NCBI GenBank assembly: GCA_902626725.1
Contig: CACOGI010000004.1
Coordinates: forward strand, 3,481-67,480
DNA from: an uncultured Pelagibacteraceae bacterium
Lineage (GTDB): Bacteria; Pseudomonadota; Alphaproteobacteria; Pelagibacterales; Pelagibacteraceae
Length of the DNA: 64,000 nucleotides
Reading direction: 5' to 3'
In this document: positions 19,356 through 28,543 of the stretch, piece by piece
Layout of the letters: each line of letters begins with the position of its first letter
Position numbering within the stretch: the first letter of the stretch is position 1
Translations under genes and position numbers: made by a program
Notes under the pieces: model-generated
The model's database searches: none
Told to the model about the DNA's origin: nothing
What the model saw: the letters and a program-made list of their open reading frames with translations, nothing else

Positions 19356-20267
19356 ATGCTTTCAAGTAAAGAAATTGTTTGTCCAAATAATTTATTAAAT
19401 GTAGCACACAAAAAAAAAGGTGTAAAAGCAGCAATAGTAAATGCAGGAAAACCTTTGCCAATGCTGTCGGTCCAAGATGCAGTAAATGAAAATTTAATTG
19501 AACCAATATTTATTGGAGATGAAAAAGAAATTCATAAATGTGCACAAGATTTAAAATGGGATATTTCAAATTATGAAATTATTCATGAACCTGTAGAAAA
19601 TAATACTGCTACCATCGCAGCTAAGCTTGCTAGTGAGGAGAAAATTAGGATTATAGTTAAAGGCCATATTCATACAGACGTTTTAATGAAAGAGGTTTTA
19701 AAGAGAGAATATAATTTACTTGGTAAAACTAGATTAAGTCATATTTGGCATATGACTTTAGATAAAGAAGATAAGCCACTTATAATTACTGATGGAGCAT
19801 TAAATGTTCTACCAAATGTAAAAACTAAAATGCATATTTTAAAAAATGTAATTAACTTTTCAAATAGGATTGGAATCGAAAGGCCAAAAGTTGCTATTTT
19901 ATCAGCTACTGAAGAGATTTTAGACAGCGTGCCAAGTTCCATGGAAGCAGATGAAATAACAAAATTAGCTAAAAAAGAAAAATTAAATGCAGACGTATTT
20001 GGACCTCTTGCTTTTGATAATAGTATATCAAAAAAATCTGCGGCTATAAAAGGAATTAAAAATGATGTAGCTGGTATTGCTGACGTTTTATTGGTCCCAA
20101 GTGTTGAAACAGGTAATGCTTTAGTTAAAATGTTAATTTATTTTTGTGGTGCATGTGCTGCTGGAGTTGTTGTTGGCGGCAAAGTACCTGTTGTTATTAC
20201 AAGTCGTTCTGATGAAGCTCAAGCAAGATTAGCCTCTATTGCTGCAGCAATGGTTGCATTAGATTAA
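19356..20267 (+). CDS. pta: Phosphate acetyl/butyryltransferase
   Basis: VKGHIHT, TDGALN, GPLAFDN, ETGN, TSRSD (PTA_PTB family, Ptb-like). Taurine cluster context. Confidence 0.8.
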   Translation: MLSSKEIVCPNNLLNVAHKKKGVKAAIVNAGKPLPMLSVQDAVNENLIEPIFIGDEKEIHKCAQDLKWDISNYEIIHEPVENNTATIAAKLASEEKIRIIVKGHIHTDVLMKEVLKREYNLLGKTRLSHIWHMTLDKEDKPLIITDGALNVLPNVKTKMHILKNVINFSNRIGIERPKVAILSATEEILDSVPSSMEADEITKLAKKEKLNADVFGPLAFDNSISKKSAAIKGIKNDVAGIADVLLVPSVETGNALVKMLIYFCGACAAGVVVGGKVPVVITSRSDEAQARLASIAAAMVALD

Positions 20268-20326
20268 TTGTTTGATTGCAATAAAATTGAAATTGCCTTA
20301 AATAATTCATCAGAAAAAAGAATATA

Positions 20327-21616
20327 ATGGCAATCATATACCTTAAAAAATCACCAAAAACATCATCAACTGATGACACAAAAACTACAGGTATTGTTCA
20401 AGATTTATTAAAAGACATTGAAAAAACTAAAGAACAAGGATGTATTGATTTAACAAAAAAATTTGACAAATATGATGGTGAGATTTCTGTATCAAAAGAA
20501 AAAATTGAAGAAATTAAAAAAACTTTAGATCAAAAAACTAAGGATGATATTCAATTTTCTTATGAAAGAGTAAGAAAGTTTGCTGAAGCCCAATTAAAAA
20601 ACTATGGTAAAGACTTTGAGGTAGAATTATCTAACGGTTTATATGCTGGTCAAAAGTTGGTGCCAGTGAACACTGCTGGATGCTACATTCCTGGAGGAAG
20701 ATATGCACATATTGCTTCTGCGGTAATGAGTGTCACAACAGCAAAAGTTGCTGGTGTAAAAAATATAATCGCTTGTAGCCCGCCTAAAGAAGGTGTGGGC
20801 GCTCATCCTACTATAGTTTATACAGCTGATCTTTGTGGTGCAGATGTAATTTTAAATTTAGGTGGTGTTCCAGCTATTGCTGCAATGACTAATGGATTAT
20901 TTAAAAATCCACCAGCAGATATTATTGTTGGTCCAGGAAACCAATTTGTCGCTGAAGCAAAAAGAATTTTATTTGGCAAAGTTGGTATTGATTTATTTGC
21001 TGGCCCTACCGAAATTGGAATAATAGCAGATGAAAAAGCTGATCCAGAAATAGTAGCTGTTGATTTAGTTGGTCAAGCTGAACATGGCTATAATTCTCCT
21101 TGCTGGTTATACACTAAAAGTAAAGAGCTTGCGGAAAAAGTAATGAAAAGAGTTCCAGAATTAATTGCAGAACTCCCTGAGGTTCCAAAAAAAAATGCTG
21201 ATGCTGCATGGAGAGATTACGGAGAGGTAATTCTTTGTGACACTGATGAAGAGTTAGTAAAAATCAGTGATGAATACGCTCCTGAACATTTAGAAGTTCA
21301 AACAGAAAATTTAAAATGGTTTCATGAAAGATTAACTAATTACGGATCTTTGTTTGTGGGTGAGGAAACAACTGTTGCATATGGAGATAAATGTTCAGGA
21401 ACAAATCATATTTTACCAACCAAGGGTGCTGGTAGATATACTGGTGGGTTATTTGTAGGAAAATTTATTAAAACTCTAAGTTTCCAAAGAATGACAAAGG
21501 AGTCTACAGAACTTGTTGGTGCTGCTGCAGCTAGAATATCTAGATATGAAGGCATGGAAGCGCATGCAAGGACTGGTGATGTAAGATTGCGTAAATACGG
21601 ATATTCAAACGAATAA
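20327..21616 (+). CDS. hpsN: Sulfopropanediol (DHPS) 3-dehydrogenase, HisD paralog
   Basis: HisD fold (GPGNQFVAEAK, QAEH, APEHL, GTNHILPT) with HpsN-type segments GCYIPGGRYAHIASA, AEHGYNSP, AWRDYGEV, YGDK instead of HisD GDY. Sulfonate context. Confidence 0.82.
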   Translation: MAIIYLKKSPKTSSTDDTKTTGIVQDLLKDIEKTKEQGCIDLTKKFDKYDGEISVSKEKIEEIKKTLDQKTKDDIQFSYERVRKFAEAQLKNYGKDFEVELSNGLYAGQKLVPVNTAGCYIPGGRYAHIASAVMSVTTAKVAGVKNIIACSPPKEGVGAHPTIVYTADLCGADVILNLGGVPAIAAMTNGLFKNPPADIIVGPGNQFVAEAKRILFGKVGIDLFAGPTEIGIIADEKADPEIVAVDLVGQAEHGYNSPCWLYTKSKELAEKVMKRVPELIAELPEVPKKNADAAWRDYGEVILCDTDEELVKISDEYAPEHLEVQTENLKWFHERLTNYGSLFVGEETTVAYGDKCSGTNHILPTKGAGRYTGGLFVGKFIKTLSFQRMTKESTELVGAAAARISRYEGMEAHARTGDVRLRKYGYSNE

Positions 21617-22279
21617 TTATTCTCTACTTAAATCCTCAGAACTTATATTTTCTTCTTTTTTAGGATATTTTTTTTCATTTATAATATTTGCAAAACTGTG
21701 ATTTACATCACGGTGTCCAGCTTCATCATCTCGTATTACTCTCACTACATCTTTTAATGTAGCATGCAAAGGTAAGTTCCAATAATTAATTGCTACTTCT
21801 GGAGCCGGTTCATCTTTTATTTTGCCAGTTTCTAATTCATGTAAATATTCTGTATAACTTCTAACAGCCTCTTCCTCAAAATAGCCAACAATTCTATGGG
21901 CAGTTCTTTGTGATACTAGATAAATAATTGCGTATGTAATAATAAAAATGAATTGGGCCATTAAAATAATAATTCTTTCAATCCACGTTGGTTTAGCAAC
22001 ATGAATAAAAGTCATTAAATGCATTCTTTCATTTTCAGCTTCATCTAAAAGTGTTTTAATCCATCCTCTGTCATCTTGCATTTTTCTTAAGGATCTTAGA
22101 TGAATGATCATGCCGGCTACCATTCCTGGAACTGCAGCAACTGTTTCTAAAACTACAGCTCTGTGGCCATATCTTTTTTTAAAAAAAGTATCAGCTAGAA
22201 ACCTTAAAAACTTTGTAAAAGCTAAAGCAACTTTGTCACTAAAGTTAATTGGTTGATAATGTTTTTTTAAATCATTCAT
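21617..22279 (-). CDS. aox: Alternative oxidase (di-iron ubiquinol oxidase)
   Basis: All four iron-ligand motifs: LETVAAVPG, EAENERMHL, FEEEAVRSY, RDDEAGHRDVNH. Confidence 0.95.
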   Translation of the reverse strand: MNDLKKHYQPINFSDKVALAFTKFLRFLADTFFKKRYGHRAVVLETVAAVPGMVAGMIIHLRSLRKMQDDRGWIKTLLDEAENERMHLMTFIHVAKPTWIERIIILMAQFIFIITYAIIYLVSQRTAHRIVGYFEEEAVRSYTEYLHELETGKIKDEPAPEVAINYWNLPLHATLKDVVRVIRDDEAGHRDVNHSFANIINEKKYPKKEENISSEDLSRE

Positions 22280-22346
22280 AACGTTTATTTAATTACTTTT
22301 TCAAAAAAACCAATAGGTCTAAATAACCCTTCAAAAGTGTTTTATT

Positions 22347-22961
22347 TCAATAAAAATTAAGAATGTTATTTAAAACATAGAAAGACAAAACTGTCATAAA
22401 AAGCACCACAAACACATTTATATAAAACCAAGTTTTTTTATTGTTTAAATACTTAGATAAAAAGTTTGCTAAATAACCGATCATAAAAAAAAATAAAAAT
22501 GAAGAAATCGTTGCACCCAAACCAAAATATATTTTATTAATTAAGATTAAATTTTTTGAAAAATTTCCTAGAAAAAAAACTGTATCAGAATAGACGTGTG
22601 GATTCAGATAGGTAAATCCTAACGTTTTTAAAAAAATACTTTTAAAATTCTCTTCAGACTTGGTTGTAGAAAAATCAATATTTGAAAAACTTGATTTAAT
22701 TTTTGAGTAAATAAAATGTAATAAAAATATTAATAATAAAATATTTAATATAAGCTCAACAGTCTCATTATAATAATTTTTAAAATATTCAAATAGTATG
22801 ATGCCTAAAAAAATTAGTAGATAATCTGAAATCGAACAAATCAGACAGACAGTAAATATAAATTGTCTCTTTAGTCCCTGCTCTATAACAAATATGTTTT
22901 GTGCACCAATGGCTAAAATTAGACTTAGCCCAGTAAAGAAACCTAATATTAGGTATTCCAT
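22347..22961 (-). CDS. LysE/ArgO family amino-acid exporter
   Basis: LILAIGAQNIFV, TYLNPHVYSDT. Confidence 0.88.
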   Translation of the reverse strand: MEYLILGFFTGLSLILAIGAQNIFVIEQGLKRQFIFTVCLICSISDYLLIFLGIILFEYFKNYYNETVELILNILLLIFLLHFIYSKIKSSFSNIDFSTTKSEENFKSIFLKTLGFTYLNPHVYSDTVFFLGNFSKNLILINKIYFGLGATISSFLFFFMIGYLANFLSKYLNNKKTWFYINVFVVLFMTVLSFYVLNNILNFY

Positions 22962-22973
22962 CTAGGACTTAAA

Positions 22974-23384
22974 TTATTCTGCGTTAGCAGTTAACGTCTT
23001 AATCTCTAAAATATTTTCGTTAGGATCTTTAACAAAGAAAGTTTCTTGCTCATACTTTGTCCCTTTAAATCTTAAATAAGGTTCGTCATAGTATTTTGCA
23101 CCTTTTTCTTTTAGTCTTTTCTTGAGAGCATCAAAGTCTTTACGGGATAAGTGAACTCCAAAATGTGGAACTGAAACATTACCCATATCAACATCATGTC
23201 TTTCGTTATCAAGTTTATGCTCACTTGCATGAAGGGTTAACTCATTTCCCCAAAAATCAACATCTGCCCATTCTTGAGCAGAATTATCAAGTCTACAGCC
23301 TAGCGTTTCACTATAAAACTTCTTAGCTATCTCCAAATCTCCACATGGAATAGCTAAATGAAAACAATTTGTATTTTTGTACAT
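22974..23384 (-). CDS. VOC/glyoxalase family protein
   Basis: FHLAIP, FY...LGC, PHFG, DPNENILEIK. Confidence 0.85.
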   Translation of the reverse strand: MYKNTNCFHLAIPCGDLEIAKKFYSETLGCRLDNSAQEWADVDFWGNELTLHASEHKLDNERHDVDMGNVSVPHFGVHLSRKDFDALKKRLKEKGAKYYDEPYLRFKGTKYEQETFFVKDPNENILEIKTLTANAE

Positions 23385-23455
23385 ATTTGCTCCTTTAAAT
23401 ACTTAACAGAAATACTATATAAGCATTGGTTTTTTAAATCAAGTTGACAAATTTT

Positions 23456-24025
23456 ATGAATGATTTTTTACAATCTATAATAGACAGAGATCCTGCGGCA
23501 AAATCTAAATTAAGTATAATTTTAACTTACCCAGGAGCTAAGGCGATTTTTTTTCATAAAATTGCAAATTTTTTTGCGATAGCAAAATTTGATTTAATTG
23601 CAAGAATCATCTCTCAATTTTCAAGATTTTTAACTGGGATAGAAATTCATCCAAAAGCAAAGATTGGAAAAAATTTATTTATTGATCATGGTATGGGAGT
23701 GGTTATTGGTGAAACTTCTGAGATTGGAAATAACGTTACTATTTATCACAATGTCACATTAGGAGGTATTGCTCCAAGTATAAATACTAATGATCAAAGA
23801 AATACTAAAAGACATCCAACTTTAGAAGATAATGTTGTTGTTGGATCTGGAGCTCAAATTTTGGGACCAATAACAATTGGTAAGAATTCCTTAATTGGTG
23901 CAAATGCAGTAGTTACTAAAAGTGTTCTTGAAAAATCGATAATGGTAGGAATTCCAGCTACAAAAGTTGGTGATGCTACAAAAGGATTTCAACCTTATGC
24001 TGTTACTGATAAAGATAAAGATTAA
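23456..24025 (+). CDS. cysE: Serine O-acetyltransferase
   Basis: [30 protein letters not shown]. Start ATG 23456 or TTG 23444. Confidence 0.93.
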   Translation: MNDFLQSIIDRDPAAKSKLSIILTYPGAKAIFFHKIANFFAIAKFDLIARIISQFSRFLTGIEIHPKAKIGKNLFIDHGMGVVIGETSEIGNNVTIYHNVTLGGIAPSINTNDQRNTKRHPTLEDNVVVGSGAQILGPITIGKNSLIGANAVVTKSVLEKSIMVGIPATKVGDATKGFQPYAVTDKDKD

Positions 24026-25026
24026 TGACACAAATTAAAAACAACTTTATCGAGTCAGTTGGCAATACACCTTTAATTAAATTAAAAGCAGCCTCTGAGG
24101 TAACTGGATGTAATATTTATGGAAAAGCAGAGTACCTAAATCCAGGTGGATCCGTAAAAGATAGAGCTGCTCTTGCGCTAATAAAAGATGCACAAGAAAA
24201 GAAACTAATTTCGGAAGGTGGAATCGTTGTTGAAGGTACTGCTGGTAATACTGGGATAGGTTTATGTCTTTTGGGAAATTCCTTAGGTTATAAGACAATA
24301 ATCGTAATGAATGACAATCAAACTCAGGAAAAAAAAGATACTTTAAAAAATATTGGTGCAGATCTTAGACTGGTACCACCCAAGCCTTATAAAGATGATG
24401 GAAACTATGTAAAAGTTGCAGGCCGTCTCGCTGAAGAATTAAAAAGTACAAATAACAATGGTGTAGTTTGGGCTAATCAATTTGATAACACTGCTAATGC
24501 GAAAGGTCATTACGAAACAACTGGTCCAGAAATTTGGGAACAGACTGATGGTAAAATAGATGGCTTTGTCTGTGCGTCAGGAACTGGGGGCACCATCGGT
24601 GGGGTAAGTAAATTTTTAAAGGAAAAAAATAAAGATATTAAGATTTATTTATCTGATCCAACTGGTTCTGCTTTATATAATCACATTATGAATGGTGAAC
24701 TTAAAGCTGAGGGTGGATCAATAACTGAAGGTATTGGCTCAAGCAGAATAACTAAGAACTTTGCTGAAGCTAAAATTGATGGCGCTTTTTCAATTAGTGA
24801 TCAAGAGTCTTTACCCGTACTTTATGATTTAATACAAAATGAGGGATTAAGTCTAGGAACTAGTTGCGGAGTAAATATTGCAGGTGCAATTAGATTAGGA
24901 AAAGAGCTAGGTCCAGGAAAAACAATTGTAACAATTCTTTGTGATAGATCAGATAAATACAACTCAAAGATGTTCAATAAATCTTTTTTAAAGGAAAAAA
25001 ACCTCCCTATTCCTAACTGGTTATAA
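24025..25026 (+). CDS. cysK: Cysteine synthase A
   Basis: GNTPL, NPGGSVKDR (PLP Lys), TAGNTG, NQF, GTGGT, EGIG. Confidence 0.9.
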   Translation: MTQIKNNFIESVGNTPLIKLKAASEVTGCNIYGKAEYLNPGGSVKDRAALALIKDAQEKKLISEGGIVVEGTAGNTGIGLCLLGNSLGYKTIIVMNDNQTQEKKDTLKNIGADLRLVPPKPYKDDGNYVKVAGRLAEELKSTNNNGVVWANQFDNTANAKGHYETTGPEIWEQTDGKIDGFVCASGTGGTIGGVSKFLKEKNKDIKIYLSDPTGSALYNHIMNGELKAEGGSITEGIGSSRITKNFAEAKIDGAFSISDQESLPVLYDLIQNEGLSLGTSCGVNIAGAIRLGKELGPGKTIVTILCDRSDKYNSKMFNKSFLKEKNLPIPNWL

Positions 25027-25094
25027 TAACGCATACCAGATATGTAACAAAACAGTTACATTTTTATTCTAATATTAATTAATATCGGAATCTT

Positions 25095-25466
25095 ATGAAA
25101 AAAATAATTTTAATTTTTTCTTTTTTTATTTTTACATCTGCTTATGCAGGAATGAGTAAAAAAGAAAAATCTAAGGCATGGGAATGCAGCGGAATATATA
25201 TGGCAAACTATTTCTTGCCATCTGGTGAGGAATTTGAGTATAGCATGAAAGAAAAGTCTATGGCATCTGTGAAAGTCATGAAAACATATGCTCTTGAGAT
25301 TGGAATTTCAGAAAAAGAATGGGATGATGGAGTAAACAAAGCTGTAGATAAATATTATGGCTCTAAGTATGACAAAGCAAAAACTGAAGAATGTCATTCA
25401 TTTATAGCATCCACAATTCCTAACGGTACAGAAAGAGTTAAAAAAGTAGTTCAAACTTTATATTAA
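25095..25466 (+). CDS. Hypothetical secreted protein
   Basis: Signal peptide MKKIILIFSFFIFTSAYA, two Cys. No family recognised. Confidence 0.7.
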   Translation: MKKIILIFSFFIFTSAYAGMSKKEKSKAWECSGIYMANYFLPSGEEFEYSMKEKSMASVKVMKTYALEIGISEKEWDDGVNKAVDKYYGSKYDKAKTEECHSFIASTIPNGTERVKKVVQTLY

Positions 25467-25484
25467 TTTAACAAAGGAGATAAA

Positions 25485-25790
25485 ATGCCAAAAGCATACT
25501 TAGTAGCAGTTCCAAAAGTTACAGACAAAGATATGTTTGCAAAAGAATATGCAAGTAAAGTTGCAGACACACTTAAACCTTTTGATGGAAAGTTTCTTGT
25601 AAGAACTCCAAATAAATTAGTCTTAGAAGGAGATGAGCCCACCCTTACAGTTGTGATGGAATTTCCAAATAAAGAAAAGGCTTTAGGTTGGTATAATTCT
25701 GAAGCACATCAAAATATTGTTACTCATAGAAGAGCAGCCACAGATCCAAAAAGTACAATTATTATCTGTGAAGAGTCAGACTCTTATTAA
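25485..25790 (+). CDS. DUF1330 family protein
   Basis: FDGKFLVR..LEG..VVMEFP..ALGWYNS. SD AAGGAG. Confidence 0.8.
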   Translation: MPKAYLVAVPKVTDKDMFAKEYASKVADTLKPFDGKFLVRTPNKLVLEGDEPTLTVVMEFPNKEKALGWYNSEAHQNIVTHRRAATDPKSTIIICEESDSY

Positions 25791-25803
25791 AAAAGGAGAA
25801 AAA

Positions 25804-26220
25804 ATGTTAGAAAAATTTAATGGAATATTTTATTTAATAATTTACTTAATTCACTTTATGGGAGTTGGTGTTTACGCTTTTCAAACCATTTTTGGTACTA
25901 AAAGCTTTATGGAAAGATTCGGCATAGATCCAAGTGGAGCAATAATGATTAGAATGGCAGGAGCATTTATGCTTGCTGTATTTTTAATGTCAATCTACGT
26001 AGGTTTTATAAGACCTGGAGGTTTGGATAATACATGGGGATTCTTAAATTTAGTTTTTTTAAACAATCTATGTATTTTTATATGTAATTTTTATTCTATT
26101 AAAATAAATAAAATAGGAGTTAACGAAAAAACCACAAACGAAGGTATCATTGCGCCATTTGTATTTACAGTTATGAGTGCAATTCTATGCTACGGTTTAA
26201 CTGATAAGATATACACATAA
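25804..26220 (+). CDS. Hypothetical four-TM membrane protein
   Basis: Start moved to ATG 25804 after SD AAGGAG. Four hydrophobic segments. Confidence 0.75.
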   Translation: MLEKFNGIFYLIIYLIHFMGVGVYAFQTIFGTKSFMERFGIDPSGAIMIRMAGAFMLAVFLMSIYVGFIRPGGLDNTWGFLNLVFLNNLCIFICNFYSIKINKIGVNEKTTNEGIIAPFVFTVMSAILCYGLTDKIYT

Positions 26221-26230
26221 GGAGTTTAAG

Positions 26231-26551
26231 ATGTCGATATTAAAAAGATATACTGATGCAATAGATAAAAAAGACGAAGCAACTATGAATGAACTTTTGC
26301 ATGATGATTTTAAATTTACAATGCATAAATCTGGAAATTCACTAGGAAAAGCTGATGTTATTAAATGGGCAATGAGTGGCGATATAAATCAAGATAAGAC
26401 AAGGGTTGTATATGAAAATAATGAAGTGGGTGTTCACCATTCCTTTGTTACATTTAATGACGGAAATGTTGAAGCTGTAATGGCAGTTTATAGATATAAA
26501 GACGGAAAAATTGTTAGTTTAGAAACTGGCGCTACCCCAATGTCTAAGTAA
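26231..26551 (+). CDS. NTF2/SnoaL-like protein
   Basis: ELLHDDF, YEN.EVGV.H, YRYKDGKIV pattern. SD AAGGAG. Confidence 0.75.
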   Translation: MSILKRYTDAIDKKDEATMNELLHDDFKFTMHKSGNSLGKADVIKWAMSGDINQDKTRVVYENNEVGVHHSFVTFNDGNVEAVMAVYRYKDGKIVSLETGATPMSK

Positions 26552-27100
26552 GTGAAAAAAATTTCATTCATTTTTCTTTTTATCTTATTTTCATCATCCT
26601 TATTCGCTGATGATAATAAAAAGGAAATTGATAAATTATTTGTTCAATTAAAAAGTGCTTTAAATTTTGAAAATTCAAAAAAAATTGAAGATAAAATTTG
26701 GGACCTTTGGACTACTCACCCATCAAAAAGTAATTTAACAAAGTTATTAGCTGATGGTTCGTCTAAAATGATGGATAACAAACTTGATGCGGCATATGAT
26801 AAATTTACTGAAGTAATTGAGCTTGATCCCAATTGGGCAGAGGCTTGGAATAAAAGAGCAACAGTATTATATTTAATGGGTAAATATGAACTATCACAAT
26901 CTGATATTGATAAAGTGCTTATGATTGAAAAAAGACATTTCGGTGCGCTGACTGGACAAGGATTGGTACAGATAGCTCTCCAAAATTATCAAAAAGCAAT
27001 TGATAGTTATATTGAGGCTCACAAAATTCATCCTTATATGAAATCTCCATTAATAATGATAGAGAAACTCAAATCTCAAATCAAAAAAGAAAGTATATAA
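26552..27100 (+). CDS. Secreted tetratricopeptide repeat protein
   Basis: Signal peptide, PNWAEAWNKRATVLY, RHFGAL TPR pattern. Confidence 0.82.
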   Translation: MKKISFIFLFILFSSSLFADDNKKEIDKLFVQLKSALNFENSKKIEDKIWDLWTTHPSKSNLTKLLADGSSKMMDNKLDAAYDKFTEVIELDPNWAEAWNKRATVLYLMGKYELSQSDIDKVLMIEKRHFGALTGQGLVQIALQNYQKAIDSYIEAHKIHPYMKSPLIMIEKLKSQIKKESI

Positions 27101-27102
27101 TT

Positions 27103-27327
27103 TTGTCATTTTCGAAAAAGTATTCAAATTTACTTTTTATCTTAATTATGGGATTTGGTATGAGTTTATTGATGACATTGATAATTACTTTTATAAATAC
27201 AGGGATGGATGAGCAATATATTAACAGATTCTTAAAAGCCTGGTCTGTAAGTTTACCAATAGCAATACTTGCAGCTCTGCTAGTAGGTCCACCAATTAAA
27301 AAATTTGTAGATAAAATTACAAAATAA
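27103..27327 (+). CDS. DUF2798-like small membrane protein
   Basis: MSLLMT..ITFIN.G...FLKAW..SLPIA pattern. TTG start. Confidence 0.65.
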   Translation: MSFSKKYSNLLFILIMGFGMSLLMTLIITFINTGMDEQYINRFLKAWSVSLPIAILAALLVGPPIKKFVDKITK

Positions 27328-27341
27328 TCATAGTGTAAACT

Positions 27342-27677
27342 GTGAGCAACATATCAGGATATATTTTTTTATTAGTAGCAATCATCCTTGGAATAGCTGC
27401 AAATGGTTTTTTAAAGTCTACTAACGGTTTTACAAATATTGGGCCAACAATTTTTTGTGCAATCACTATAGTTGCTTGTATTTTTTGTTTATCAAAAGCA
27501 ATGAATATAATTCCTGTTGGATTTACTTATGCTACATATGGTGGTTTAACAATTACAGCAGTAACTTTGTTTGGTATATTTAAGTATAATCAAGTACCAA
27601 ATATTTACGGTGTTATTGGAATAATTTTAATTATAATTGGTGTAATTTTATTAAATACTTTGGGTAAGACTACTTAG
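27342..27677 (+). CDS. SMR/DMT family small transporter
   Basis: LKSTNGFT, LSKAM..IPVGFTYATYGG, four TM. Canonical Glu14 appears replaced by Gly. Confidence 0.8.
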   Translation: MSNISGYIFLLVAIILGIAANGFLKSTNGFTNIGPTIFCAITIVACIFCLSKAMNIIPVGFTYATYGGLTITAVTLFGIFKYNQVPNIYGVIGIILIIIGVILLNTLGKTT

Positions 27678-28476
27678 ATACTGGCCTTAATAATCTTAAC
27701 ATCTTTTTATGAATGGTTTTATTTGTTGTAACTAAAATATTTCCTGCTTTAACAGCATTTTCATTTTTCCAATTAGTAACAATACCTCCGGCAGCGTTGA
27801 TAATTGGAATTAAAGGATGAATATCCCAAATTTTATTTCCTGCTTGTATAACAACATCAATTTTGCCTTCAGCTAAGTGAGAATAACTTAAAGCATCTGT
27901 GCAAGGAAATTGCATTAACTTTAAAATCTTTAAAATTTTTTGCTGCTTTTTAGGAGAAAGACATCCATTAAAAGCACCTGAGAGTTTTAATTGAGAAAAT
28001 AAAACATTTTTATTAACGCTTATTATTCTTTTTTTTCCATTTTCAAAAACATAAGCTCTTTTGTTTGAAGTATTGAGATAATATTTTTTTAAGATTGGAA
28101 AATTCGCCAGACCTAAAATTGGTTCACCTTTGTAATTTAGTGAAATTAAATTACTCCATGACGGGTTTCCTATTACAAATGATCTTGTTCCATCTATAGG
28201 GTCTAAAACCCAAGTAAAATTACTTTTCGACTTTTGATGTCCAAATTCTTCTCCAATTATTTGATGGGTTGGAAATTTCTTTTTTATTTCTTTTCGTATA
28301 AATTTTTCAAACGCTTTATCGGCACTAGTGACTGGATCGTACCCCTTCCCTTTAAGTTTATTAGATATTTTGAAAGGTCTATTTAATTTAGAATAATAAA
28401 ATTTAGTAAGTTTCTTGGCTAAATTTTCAATAAATTTAGAATAGACCTGATAATCTGAGGTTTTTAATTTTATCAC
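27670..28476 (-). CDS. Inositol monophosphatase family protein (HisN-like histidinol phosphatase)
   Basis: DPVTSAD, GEE, WVLDPIDGTRSF, WDI. Confidence 0.82.
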   Translation of the reverse strand: MIKLKTSDYQVYSKFIENLAKKLTKFYYSKLNRPFKISNKLKGKGYDPVTSADKAFEKFIRKEIKKKFPTHQIIGEEFGHQKSKSNFTWVLDPIDGTRSFVIGNPSWSNLISLNYKGEPILGLANFPILKKYYLNTSNKRAYVFENGKKRIISVNKNVLFSQLKLSGAFNGCLSPKKQQKILKILKLMQFPCTDALSYSHLAEGKIDVVIQAGNKIWDIHPLIPIINAAGGIVTNWKNENAVKAGNILVTTNKTIHKKMLRLLRPVSK

Positions 28477-28543
28477 AGAGGACTAATACTATTTTATTAC
28501 TATTGATTAAAGCTAAATTTTAAATAATGATAAATATTAAATA

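Noticed and set aside
20327-21616. Annotation as hisD
   Set aside because: HpsN-type residues (GDK, AEHGYNSP), sulfonate context and no his operon.
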